NCBI GenBank assembly: GCA_043228905.1
Contig: JBHGNT010000005.1
Span: 434,001-498,000, forward strand
From: Azolla caroliniana
Taxonomy: Eukaryota; Plantae; Polypodiophyta
Length of the DNA stretch: 64,000 nucleotides
Direction of reading: 5' to 3'
The notes beneath the pieces are model-generated. The model had not been told where the DNA came from. It ran no database searches and saw only the letters and a list, made by a program, of their open reading frames with translations. A program made the position numbers and the translations under genes. Of the stretch, positions 51,411 to 64,000 are shown in pieces. Numbering within the stretch: the stretch's first letter is position 1; every line of letters begins with the position of its first letter.

Positions 51411-54278
51411 GGCTCATTTATCTCACCAATCTTGAGGAATTATTTGTGCTACTGCTTGCTGCTTGATTAATCTAATATTTGTTATTTAGCCATTGGACTA
51501 GTCTATTGCTGTAGTGTTGAGCATTGATATTTTATCTACAACATTGCCGTATTAAGTTTTTCATGCTTTTTATACTTCTTTATACTTGAAAAGTATTGTA
51601 TGTGCATTAAGGTAGACAAGTTGGTTATGAGTCTTTCACCCTTCACTAGGACAGGTGTGCAAAGGAACGACGGCTTCTTATATGTGATGATAACGATAAC
51701 GAATTCATATATGTTGATATGTTTACACACTCTCAACGTTAACAAAGTGATTAGCCAACTCGAAAATGTAAGTTGTTGGAATTATCAACTCCCAAGACAA
51801 TCACATCTCAATTAGAGATTGAAAGGTTAGCATGCTTGGTTTACAATAGTAGGCATAGAAGAATTACTTAATAAGTTATAGCATAACCCTAACAACTTTA
51901 ACTCTTGATTGATGGAAGAGAATAATCATATGATGATGTGGTTGTAGAGTAGAAAACAAGGTCTTGACAGCTAGGATAATATTTTAACTCAGGGTTTTCT
52001 TAACACTACCATAACCAAATGTGAAAGAAGGGGGCCGCTTCACGTCTTATAATCATTGCTTCCCACCTTCAAATTAATTATTGGTCTCTAGTACAGTCTC
52101 GTGCCAATAAGTGCTCCGATTAGTACTTCAAAAGAAAATTTAGCCACTTTGTTAGTCGTTCAATTATTTCTTCTAATTTTGGTTGGAATCTAGTTGAAAT
52201 ATTTAAGCTTGTATTCACACCTATGTTGGACATATAAGGCAGCGTGCAAATATGTGTTTGCTTATCGAACAATACACATTCCTTGTTTGAAGGCTTACAA
52301 AACACATCATTTATGTACATTTTCTGCTTGACAAACCTCCATTTTGTTTAGAGCTTCACTTTGTTGAATCCATGTCAATGGAGGGCAAGACACAAATATG
52401 GCAACTTTCAATGGTAAGATGCTTTCAAAATCATGTATTTATAAAATTGCAAGCTGATTGAGAATGGCCTTTGTAATATCAATGCAACAGAAACATGCCA
52501 ACTCGAGAATTGTTTGTAGGCCCTCAACTCTAAGACATGGTACATATAATTGCTACATCTATAATTTAAATGGTCCATTTCCCCCCCCCTCTATGGGGCA
52601 AGAATCAAAATTTTGGAAATCTCATGTTTCAATTACTATCATTGAAGATAATGATTCTCTATGAATTCAAGCACCTTCTCCTCATATGTGTGGAGCGTTC
52701 CTCGTGTTAATACATGAATGACGTGAACATTATGATGGCTAAAAGGAAACAATTTGATTTTAAGATGGTTGTATGTTGGTTTAAATCTACCAGTTAACCT
52801 TAAGAGTGTTCTCTTTCATGTAAATACGTTAATAAAGAAACTGAAAGGTGGATCTAAATTCAAGAAGAGAATCAAAACTATTGTTGTTATCTTGACTCTT
52901 TAATCCCACCTTACAAGCATTAGAAAACCAATAATCATAAAAACAAGTGACAAACTTTTGGTTGAACTTTGCTCTACGAGTCATCGAAAGTGTTTCCTAT
53001 TATGCTCAACATGTTCTTGGTTGCATCACCATTAATTATAGTATATGAATTATGAGACTAAAATTGTGAGCACAAGGTTGGTTGATGCTCCACCACATGA
53101 CATCTTTTATATGGTTTGAAACTTAAAAAAATATCCACACTTATTGCATCGTAAAAATAATAGTAGTGAACTCCAAGCATGTAATGGAAGTTATGTTTAT
53201 GGATAAAAGGCTTATGTAGTGATCCAAGGTCAACTGGTCTTAATATAGTGGAATGTATAGTGATGAAAGGGTTAATAAGATGTAAAGATAGAAGCGTGAA
53301 ACAATATTGTTGAAAGTACAACACTAGAAAAAAAAAACAATCTCGATTGATCTAGGTTAGGTTGACTTTCTATTGTATTGTTACACGAGACTTGTGCAAT
53401 TTGCATAAATCAACGATGAAAAGACATTGCAGATCTAGATGCTTGTCAATACGGGGTTTGCTATCCCATCATCAACTAGCAATACCCATAAGTGGCCAAA
53501 TACCCACGAGTGGCCAAAAAGCTTGGGATGTTGTGCACCAGCGAAGAGTCATGGTCAAGTGTGAGGGGCAGAACCAACCGATAACCGAGATGCATGATCA
53601 GGGCACATGGGATTTTTCATTATTTGCAAGAGCCAAAGAAGCATATATGGTGGGCAGGCATGCCATGGCAATGGCAAGAGAGCTACGAGACACGAGACAC
53701 GAGACACAAACATATGGACACGGATACAGACGTTATGGGCAATCCAATGGATGCCCCACAATTGTTGGAGTTGGGCAGGCAAGCCTCTCTCTGTCTTCTC
53801 TATTATATATGTACAGCTATTTAACTGCTCTCTACTTAACTTAACAACTCTGATGATTAAATGAAGCCAAGAAGGGAGACCATCTAAACTTTCTCTCTGT
53901 GTTTGTCTGTGTGTGTCTGTGCCCTAATAAAAAGATTAAAAAGATCTCCTTCTTCATCTATTTCCTGTGTCTGAGAGAGAAAGCCTTTCTCTGTCTCTGT
54001 CTATGGATGTATGTATGTATATTACCGGATCTGCTTCGAAACGTTAGAAGACCCGCGACAACGACAACGACGACGACGAAGAAACAAGACAGAAGATAGG
54101 CGATTTCTGAAGAAGACGGAAAACGGAAGAAAGCAGAAGAAAGACGGTAAAGAAAAAAAATTATTCATCTTAGGTTTAGGGTTTTTTTCTTTTCTTTTGT
54201 AACCTGTATGATTTCGGCGAATCTCTTCTGATACCATTTCTTTCACGCGCTCACAGAAAGACAGGAAGAAAGATATCC

Positions 54279-57200
54279 ATGGCTGAACCTTCGAGAGTTC
54301 TTCATCTTCGTAACGTTGGCTCTGAGATATCTGAGGTAAGCAAAACCTCTCCTTCAAATTAGGGTTTAGTAAGACGATTTTCTTCTTCTTCTTCTTTCTC
54401 CCTTCCTTACTTCAATAGTGTATGTTTTTCTTTCATCATGTACACCCATTGCTTCGTTTCTCTGAGTTGCGTCTGCATATTCTTCCCCTTCTTCTCCAAT
54501 TCAGGCTTTATCTCACTCTGAACATATGTTTTCGTTCTGTATGTACTATATTTCATTATTGGAGGATTCTCCGCATATGTTTTCCTTTGAAGAGATATTT
54601 GGCTTGAAAAAAAGATAGTCTTGTGGAGTGCTTCTACAGCTGCTTCTATTCCAATTTAAGAAGGGAGAACAACACTCAGCAGAAAGAGAGTGTATGTGCA
54701 GAGAGAGAGAGAGAGATGATAGCAAGGATGATGATAATGATGATCTATTATTGTCCATTTGGCGAAAAAATATCTTCACAAGGAGAAATGATGATAATGA
54801 TATATTATATTATGAAGATAGGGGGAAAGGACCCATGGGACCTTCAGGTTTTTCAAAGTACCATCCACAAGAGTAATATTGGAGGAAAAAATAGCACCGG
54901 AGCAGGGATGAAGTAAAAAAATATAAAAATGTACTATCTAATTTCAACTAGGCATAGGATTTGCCAAGTCAAAGCTCTACTCAAAACTAACAACTCTGCC
55001 AAAAAAGTGCAAAACTTGCCTATCAATTGCTTGTCATATCCCAAATAGTAAGAAGTTTATGTGATATCACAAGTATTTGAGCTTTGACCTATGTAGTGGT
55101 CTTCCACTTAGTGTGCAAGCTATGTAATATGGGCGGATCTGTTTTTTATTCAATGGTCAATGGCCGTAGCTTTCCCAATGTAAATATTGAAGACCTCTTT
55201 CACATTTCACTGTGCAAACCGTTTCTGAAAGTCAATAACAACTTGACTAAAGAATCTTGCGTTTGTGGTTTTTTCTGATTTATCTTCAATTTTCGATTCT
55301 TTTGAGATTGATAGGCATACATTTTTATTGTCCTTGTAGGTCAAATATGAATTTATGGGACTGTCAATGAAACATTATCATTAGTATGCATGAAGTTGAG
55401 TAACGACTCTGATCCTCAAGAATTTTACTGATAAACATTGCTAGTGAGAATGAACTTTGCGATTGTGTGAGAAATGTGTCTAGGAATCGAACCGGATTAT
55501 CAATGCGTGGAAAGGAAACTTGAGTGTGATTGATAATCGAACATTGTAATAGAGTGTGAACTTTTTCAAGGCAAATACAGGTATGTATGCAGGATAAAGG
55601 GAAAGGGATGAGCTCTAGCCTGTATGGATGAAAAAGAGATGTTATGATTTTTGGAGGTCAAATCTATTACATAGAACCAAAAGACAAGTTTCACTCCATA
55701 GTTCTCATGAACCATCTAGGAAAGACTTTTTCTGTCTTTAACCTGTATCTTTTATGTTGGTGAGAGTGGGTCACTGTTGCTTTCATGTCGGGACACACGT
55801 TTTCCATTCTTTCCTATAAATTTGCAGTTGGTATTTCCCATTTGTGTGTACATCCTTTGTAAAATATATAAAAAAACGAGTGAAATGGCTGTCATTTTAT
55901 TACATCTTTCCTCCATTACGATTCCTAGACATATGAGGTGATCCGCCCATTTACTTTGTTGATATTCAAGGATACTTTCTTGAAGTTTATTGATACAAGG
56001 TCCCATCATAACTGTGCTATGATTGATGATTGTTTTCTTATTCCCTCTTTTCTATAGTTTCTGGATCCATTTACCTTGCCAATCTTGAGGAAAGTCTTGT
56101 CTATTTGTCAAGTTCATATGAAGCCCATTTATCATAGCTTAGTATAGATGAAGTCTATCGACAACCTTGCCGTTCTGAACTTTCTTCATGCTGTTGATTA
56201 ATGCCTGCACTCAAAAATTTCTGTGAGCATTCCAAGAAATATACCCATTATAGCTCTCTGTGCCCCCTTTGGTATTTTTTAAGATGCAATGCACCTTTTG
56301 TCTCTTTATCAAGTTCACACTTGTCTTTGTTTTCTCTTGGGTGTATTGTGTTCTGTTGCCACATGTTTCCATACATCTCTTGATTCTGGGATGACTGAAG
56401 TTTGCATTTGTGTTTGATTACTGCCTTACACTAACCATTAAAACCATACATTATGAGGTTATCCTTTTATATGACTTTGCTTTTCTGTTAAAGCCTACTG
56501 TACTGTGTCTTCATGCACTACAGTGTTGAAAAACAATAAGGCATTCTCAATGTTATCCTATTCTGTAGATCTAATGCATCATGTTTGGCTGGTATACTGA
56601 GTACTGCAAAGAGCATAGACTTCATCATACTTATCATGCCTCATCCTTGTCCACTTTGGGATTTGGGATCTATTTACATGGAAGCATGTGTATTAAATGG
56701 CTTTTTCTAGAAATCTATGGCTTTCTTGCATATGGTGAACCCTTGCGTTCATGTCTCCTATTATCACCACTTTCCCATGATTAAAATATTTAGCAATGTC
56801 CATACATACATATCCAAGGCATTGCTTATGTAGAATATTGCAACCTGCTATAAATATTGGTTCATCGGTGGTTGTCCATACGTTTGTTTTGCAAATAAGT
56901 ATTATTTCTTATAGTTCTTCTTTATCCCTAATTGCTATCCCTCCTTAACCTCTTATTTTCATGCTTCACATCTACATAGAGTGAGTTACGTACCTGAATA
57001 TATGGGAAAGGACATATGGATTGTGTTCCCATGTTGTTTTGAAGAATAACTATGAAGATGGCCTCATTTAGGCCTCTATAGTTTGAATGGAAATCTCTGG
57101 AGTTCCAGCTTGTAACTCATTCTGAGTCGGTCTCATGGGTCCTGTATTCCTATGCTTGCATGTTGCATTTCCATGCTTCATAATCTTGCCATCTTTCTGC

Positions 57201-59977
57201 TTGTTGCGAGGCTTAATCCCTCATTTTCATGCCTGGCATCAACTGCATAGAGTGGGTTATATAAAGGTGAGTATATGAGATAGTACATGGATTGTGCGCG
57301 TGTGCCCATGTTGTTTGAAGAATAAGAATGTCAGCCCACTGGGTTTATAACTCATTTAGGCCTCCTTCTTTCTTCCATGGGAAACCTATAGTGTTCCAAC
57401 TTGTAACTCATTCAGTCTTTTGTCCCATGGGTCTGGTACTCGTATTCTTGGTCTTTGCTTTTCCATGTTTCATAAGCTTGACATCTTTCTTCTTGTTGTT
57501 TTAGAGTCTTATCCGCAGTGATGAAGTTCTGTGTCCTGGGTAGGTCCGAATGTTGTCTTTTATGCCTGAGATGTGGATGTTTTTAAAATCCAAATGATGA
57601 GACCAACATCAAATTGAGATTTGATATAATGTCTGAATTCTGATAAGCTGAGAGAGGAAAAGATGAAAAGAGAGAGGGAGAGATCTGTGTTACAGGTTGG
57701 GAACACAATTTTATATTTTTAACCTACCCAAATTTATTGGTTTCTCCATCATTTGGAATGGTTCTTGTCTAGGTGGAGGAGATTTATCAATCCCATTTCT
57801 CAGGAAACTCGTGCAAGATTTTCTATGCTGGAGTTTCAATAGTGGTTTAAGCCTTTTAAAATAATGATAAATATTGCTACATCATTTGGATGTTAATTTA
57901 ATTCACATATATTTTGGTGAGATGGGCATTATCACCAGATGTAGATCAAGATAGCTAGTTAATCACGAGATTTGTCAATCCCATTTCTCAGGAAACTCGT
58001 GCAAGATTCTCTATGCTGGAGTTTCAACAGTGGTTTAAGCCTTTTAAAATAATGATAAATATTGTTACATCATTTGGATGTTAATTTAATTCACATATAT
58101 TTTGGTGAGATGGGCATTATCACCAGATGTAGATCAAGATAGCTAGTTAATCACCAGATGTAGATCAAGCTATCCAGGTAATCACTATATGTAAATCAAG
58201 ATATCTTGTATGAAAGTTTTGGGCCTAATTTAGGACATTACGCCAAAAAGGCTCATTTCTTGTCTTGTGCCTGGCGTGTGTGAACGGAAAACATTTGCTA
58301 AGTTATATTTAATGATAGGTTGAAAAACATGCCATGAGTTCACTGAAATAAAGAAGAGGAGAATGTTTTCAATTTTTGAGTCTCAGGCTTGATATTGATA
58401 GATATTGTGATGATCTCCTATGATAATATTCCTTTGAGAACTTCCAGAACCAATGGCACTTTAGATATGGAGGATTATACAGAAGGTAAAATATAAGGAC
58501 AAGACTGAGACTAATATAGCATACCAACTAATACTTGTTATGAGAGCATATGCCTAAAATAAATAGTAGTAATAATGATAGAATCGTGAAGTAGCGCTGC
58601 AGAGATGGTGCTCATTGTAACAATTTGGACAATTTAGATTATAGTGCTCAAACTCCATCTAAAATAAGGTCGCGGACCATCAATTAAGGGCTTTAGAAGG
58701 ATTATTCTTTGGTATTGACTTTGATTTGTGTGGCTGAAATCCAGGAAGATCTCTCACAACTTGTTAGACACTTTGGAAATGTCACAAAGATTGTTATGGT
58801 CAGGACCAAGAATCAGGTAAGACAATAATACACTATTTGAGGAACATTTTATATCTATATCTGATTATTGAACCATGATTGTTAGGCTCTCTTGCAAATG
58901 CAAGACTTGGCGTCTGCAATCAATGCGATGCACTACTACAAAGATGTACAACCAAGCATTAGGTAAGATGTTATCTTGAAATGTTTCTCATAAAGTGTTC
59001 ATATATGGATATTTTTATTCTTGGTAGAATTGCTCAGATGTTCTATTCGTAAATATGCATTCTTGCTGGAATTGGTCATCTTGTTGCGCTTATATATCAA
59101 TCTTACTACAATTGCTCAAATTCTGCATTTGTATGTGTTCATTCTTGCAGAGTTGCTACGGGGTTGCATTCATATGATATTTGTTAGATTTGCGCAATTG
59201 TTGCATTTGACATTTCATTCTTGTGAGACTAGTTGTAAGTGTCGATATTTGTTTTTCCTCATTCTTGCAGGGGAAGGAATGTGTATATTCAATTTTCTTC
59301 CCACCAAGAGCTCATCACTTCAGACATGTCTTCATCGATGCAATCCCGGAAGCTATCTTCCGAACAACAGGTATCTGCTTTCTCACTCCCTTTTGCATCG
59401 TCGCCTACTTCTTTTTGTCTCTCTCTCATCTATCTTCTTTTCTATTTCCTCTCACTTCTTTCTCCTCTCTTTCTTGGGGGTCTGGATGTGCCTATGTTTG
59501 CATATGTTATGTGCATCTGGGTGGCCTCAGGATTCACAGCCTAATCGAATCCTTCTAATCACCATTCACAACCCGCTGTATCCTATTACAGCGGATGTGC
59601 TGCATCAAGTATTTTCCTCTTACGGAGTTATCGAGAAGATCGTGACCTTTCAGAAGTCTGCTGGTTAGCTTCTCTTTTCTTCTGTCTTCTCTATAGATTT
59701 CAGTATACATATGTACATACATCTATACATATATTAAAACAGGGCAGGATCTCGTGCAACACCTGTAATCTATGATGAAAACACATCTTAGCATATTTTC
59801 CTTATTTTGGAGTATCTCGTTCTCTCATTCTCATCCTCTCTGGCTGTTGGCATGGTGTTTTACACCATAGTATTGAAGTCATAAAAATGTCAGAATCCAA
59901 GTATGATCCTCGGCATGGCTTTGGCCTCGTCTGATAGATTGTATTCGGTCTCCCATGGACGCTAATATTCTCTCTCA

Positions 59978-60014
<37 letters not shown>

Positions 60015-62173
60015 GTTCCTATTTGGTTAATGACTGGATCATAATATGGTATGCCTGTGTAATTAAACATCCCGAGTGGAACTGCTTATCGTTGGATGAA
60101 ATTTCACTTATAATTAATTTTGGTTAACTAAAGATTCATATGTTTTGCAGGTCTTCAAGCTTTATTGCAATATTCTTTGCACCACAGTGCTCTACAAGCA
60201 AGGACGAACTTGCAGGTAGAATCATTATCTTGCCATTGAAATGAATTGTCTTTGCGATTAATGTGATTGAGTCAAGAGTTTCTCATTTACAATGCATGAA
60301 TTTCAGGGTCGCAACATTTATGATGGCTGCTGTACCTTAGATATTCAGTTCTCAAAGTACGATGACATTTTCTTTGCCTCTCGGGTATTATTTGATTTCT
60401 TTGATGTGATTCACAGTAATTATATATTGGTTCTCTGGTATGCAGCTTGTCAGAGTTGCAAGTTAATGCCAATAATGAGAGGACCAGGTATACTTCTTCT
60501 GTGCATATAAACATATAAATATCATCACCATGAAATATCCTCCTATGCTTACTAGTGATTTGTTTTGGATTGTGAAGGGACTATACAAATCCGGGGCTAC
60601 CACCTGATCTTCATGGATCTCAAGGAAACATGATGGTACAGATTGCTACATTTGTTTCTCTAATCTTTGCATAGTTATACTGCTAGGCTTGTATTTACTC
60701 ATTTCATTATTACAGTCCCTGTTTGGGGAAAATGGGAACATGTATGGAATGCAGTCTGGTGGCTCCAGATCAGGTATGGTACACACTTTAAGCAATAATA
60801 TGGGTTGGTTTTTTCGTTTTTTTCTTTCATGTATTATGTGTGACCCTTCTACTCATCGTTACCTTATGATTTATTCAGCTCCCTATCAGCAAGTGGGACC
60901 GGCATCACTAGGAATGAGTTCTTACCAGGTAAAGTCAATTTCTGGATTTTTTATGTATAGATTGTTGGGTCTAAATTCCGTGAAGAGGATCTCTATGCTC
61001 TCATCACTGAGATAAAATTACAGTATATCCATGAAGATAACATATATCTAGAGAGAGTTCTCCTATATGGGTGGATAATTGATGATAATAGTATTTTCAC
61101 AAGCTTACATGTAGATGTAGATATTTGTAACTATACTAATTCAATTCCTAACATTAACAAGCCTATTATTGAGAAATTAGATGAGAGTAGCCATCAACAC
61201 ATGTTGAATATTTCAGAGCGGAGTGAATCATTGAACATAGATATTGCTTCTGTTATACATTCAGATGTCAATGGGTGGTAGTGGTCCAACTGGAGATGCT
61301 TTTGGGGGACAACTCCCACCAGGTATTACAGGTACCAATGAGAGGACCACACTTCTAGCTACCAACATAAACTCAGAGGTATATAGATACAATTTTCATT
61401 CTATTGTAGCTGAAATGCAATCAAACAGTTCATATGCTAAAATTTGAGTATCACAGCAAGTTGATGCAGATAAATTATTCAATCTCTTTTCCAATTATGG
61501 GAACATTGTGCGCATAAAGTTTTTACACAATAAGCCTGATCATGCACTCATTCAGATGGGTGATGGCCTTCAGGCTGAACTTGCAGTTAGCTACTTGAAG
61601 GTTAATGTTTATACCTGATAATATAAATTCCTCTTTCTGTCCTTTGTGTATCTCTTTACATGAATGTTGCCCCCTAACAGATGAGTGTTTTCTCAAAATA
61701 TTTATTGCATAGTTGCCTGTAGTCGGTTATTCTGCTAACCAAATGTTTGCACCTTTGATTTACATTGGAAATCTTATATCCAGGGTGCAATGCTATTTGG
61801 GAAGAGATTGGAAGTGAACTATTCCAAGCATCCTCAGATTAATCCCTCAGCTGACACCCAGGATTACTCATCTTCAAATTTAAACCGTTTCAATCGCAAT
61901 GTTTCAAAGAATTATCGCTATTGTTGTGCTCCGACAAAAATGATTCATGTCTCCAGCCTTCCAGGGGATGCAACGGAAGCAAAGATCACAGCATATCTTG
62001 CTCCACATGGTAATATACTTGAAGCAAAAATCTTTGAAGCAAATGGGAAAAAACAGGCTTTGATTCATTTTGAAAATGAAGAACAAGCTGTTGAAGCTCT
62101 TGTTTGCAAGCATGCAACTCTCTTTCAAGGCTCTACAATCCGCCTGGCTTTCTCAAAATCTACATCTCTGTAG
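54279..62173 (+). CDS. PTB3: Polypyrimidine tract-binding protein homolog 3 (4 RRMs), 14 exons, ~469 aa
   Basis: Exons 54279-54335, 58745-58816, 58886-58962, 59271-59370, 59531-59663, 60151-60215, 60307-60356, 60446-60487, 60578-60635, 60716-60773, 60879-60928, 61265-61378, 61457-61600, 61784-62173 are in frame (1410 nt). Motifs: MAEPSRVLHLRNVG, RGRNVYIQFSSHQEL, NRILLITIH, GRNIYDGCCTLDIQFS, DKLFNLFSNYGNIVRIK, KNYRYCCAPTKMIH. Confidence 0.95.
56940..57500. repeat. Diverged ~280 bp tandem duplication in PTB3 intron 1
   Basis: catagagtg.gtta...atggattgtg...cccatgttgttt.gaagaataa...ctcatttaggcctc...gttcca.cttgtaactcattc...tttccatg.ttcataa.cttg.catctttct.cttgttg occurs twice. Confidence 0.8.
57779..58154. 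repeat. Near-identical ~188 bp tandem duplication in PTB3 intron 1
   Basis: gagattt(a/g)tcaatcccatttctcaggaaactcgtgcaagatt...agctagttaatcac occurs twice. Confidence 0.93.
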
Positions 62174-63412
62174 CTGGGGCAATTTTTTTTTTGGCTTTGT
62201 GTTTGCAATCTATCATACTGTATTAGATCATAAACTTCTCCTTTTTTGAATATATATTTATGAGGTGGTTGAAAAATATATAGGTTGTTTTACATATTAG
62301 GAGGTAGTAAATTGTTGAGGTCACGTTAGTGTCTAAGATGATGTAGATGTATATTTGAGCAACAAAGTGCTGTTTATGAAACTCTGACTGAGTTCTCAAC
62401 ATAAAAGGTGGGTGAAACTGAGAGCACCATATGAAGAATATGAGAATGGTCTCTATGTTTGAAATAGGGTGAAATAAGAGCACTCACAAAGTGCAATGTG
62501 AAGAACTGACCTCTTATGAAAACCTGTTATAGGTTTTTGAGGAAATGTCCGATATCTGTTGTACTATCCGGTGCAAATTCAATTCATCGTGACTACTGAT
62601 AAGTAGGTTAGTCTGATATCTGTCTTAGTATCCAGTGCAAATTCAATTCATCTTATTAGGTACCATGAAAGCTAAATATTCAGTTATTCACCATAAATCG
62701 GTATTTTGTAAAACTTAAACTGAAAACTAGGTATCATGACAGCTGAATATATTGTTATTCAACATAAATCCATATTTTGTAAAACTTCAATACTGTATGG
62801 TTATAGATTGGGATATCCTAGCCACCCTTGTTATAGATTGGGACAATTATACAGCCATGCAAGCTCATACAAGCCCTTGTCATGCTCAAAAGTTATGCAA
62901 ATAAATCTGAACCAAGACAATGCAAAGGTGTTAGAATAGATTGGATACTAGCAATTTTGTCTAGCATGCAGGATCTCACCACCCTTGTCATTTACAGATA
63001 AAGGCCAATATTATCTGCTGTCATACACATGCTTCCCTTGCTTTGATAGATTGAGAGATATTTTGTAGATAGTAGAGATCTCTTGGAAACAAATCATTCC
63101 CAAATTGCTTCCCTTGCATATGCATGTAGAGGATGACCTAAAGATAAGATAAACTAAGTTTCCCAATGATAAAAAACTCATCAAAGCATTCTATACATTT
63201 TAATAAACTGGAGATAGAAATACACTAATGAACAAAGCACCTGAAAATTTTTGCTGCAATGTTGCAGGTACAGTGACATAGGTGTTACTTGTACCTTTAC
63301 ATTGAGAAACGGTCTTCCATGTTATTTCCCTGTGGTTTTTTAGGAAGAAAAATTCCATCGTATGAATTTAACTTTTTTGGCATTTTCTTGCATGTCAGAA
63401 GCTGCAAAAATG

Positions 63413-64000
63413 TTATCTAGGACATACTGTGGCACGACTAATATCCAGTTGTAATACACGATCAAAAGCCAATCTTCCAAGCTTAATATTTCCCCATTTT
63501 CTACAAGCACTTAATAATGCGACCCAAATGACAAGACAATGAGAAGAATCTGGCATCACTCTAATCACTGACATTGCCTTGTCAAAGTCCCCTGCATATC
63601 CAAAAGTGACCACCATGGAAACTAGGTGCTCTAAAGTTGGTAGAATATCATACCTCTTTATCATATTCCAAAACATTATTTCAGCTCCATTAGAAAGTCC
63701 TGAGTGGTTACATGCACTTAAAACACTGAGGAATGTGACCTCATTTGGTGAGAGGCCTTCACTTTGCATCAAGTCAAGGGAATTTAATGCTTCATGACCT
63801 TGCCTTTGTTGAGCATAGCCTGAAATTAGGGAAGACCATGACACTACATCTCGGACTGGAAGTTCTTGAAGTACATTTTGTGCCTTTGTCATAATACCAC
63901 ATTTGGCATACATATCCACCACAGCATTTCCAAGCACAATATCTTTCCCCAATAGTCCCCTATTTACAACCTCTCTGTGAATTTCTCTGCCCTTTTGTAC
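63413..64000 (-). CDS. PLS-class PPR protein, 3' portion (5' end outside the window), E domain frameshifted
   Basis: The frame is open to the window edge: VQKGREIHREVVNRGLLGKDIVLGNAVVDMYAKCG...DVVSWSSLISGYAQ...VTFLSVLSACNHSG...WVALLSACRKWGNIKLGRLAFD. Confidence 0.88.
   Translation of the reverse strand, partial: VQKGREIHREVVNRGLLGKDIVLGNAVVDMYAKCGIMTKAQNVLQELPVRDVVSWSSLISGYAQQRQGHEALNSLDLMQSEGLSPNEVTFLSVLSACNHSGLSNGAEIMFWNMIKRYDILPTLEHLVSMVVTFGYAGDFDKAMSVIRVMPDSSHCLVIWVALLSACRKWGNIKLGRLAFDRVLQLDISRATVCPR

Noticed and set aside
54620-54720. miR156/miR529-like sequence in PTB3 intron 1
   Set aside because: It has only partial AG-rich similarity and no complementary star arm.

Overview
Eukaryotic nuclear DNA from a land plant: AT-rich, with spliceosomal GT-AG introns and microsatellites. 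The PLS-PPR style and the divergent BOR-like gene suggest a non-seed plant, possibly a fern (inference). I reconstructed eight protein genes by hand: a PLS/E-type PPR (1668-3284 -), an 11-exon plastid ACT-domain protein of the ACR11/ACR12 clade (4469-9087 -), a 3-exon LysM protein (13351-17605 -), a 9-exon LisH + SRP40_C (Nopp140-like) nucleolar protein (23914-29255 +), a 5-exon very divergent SLC4/BOR-family transporter (30475-34511 -), intronless plastid ribosomal protein L10 (49428-50168 +), a 14-exon PTB3 (54279-62173 +) and the 3' part of a second PPR that runs off the window. There are three tRNA genes: Thr-UGU and two identical, oppositely oriented Leu-AAG copies. The interval 36-49 kb is decayed transposable-element sequence: copia and LINE remnants, a chromodomain Ty3/gypsy integrase split by an LTR, and two nested solo LTRs with intact TSDs. 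The most interesting leads are: (1) the BOR-like protein appears to lack the conserved TM8 acidic residue and has a long novel C-terminal tail; (2) a candidate poison exon in PTB3 intron 1; (3) relics of other spliced genes inside three long introns; (4) small tandem duplications that copy splice sites; (5) a frameshifted E domain in the second PPR. I cannot prove a new biological system from sequence alone; these are leads to test.
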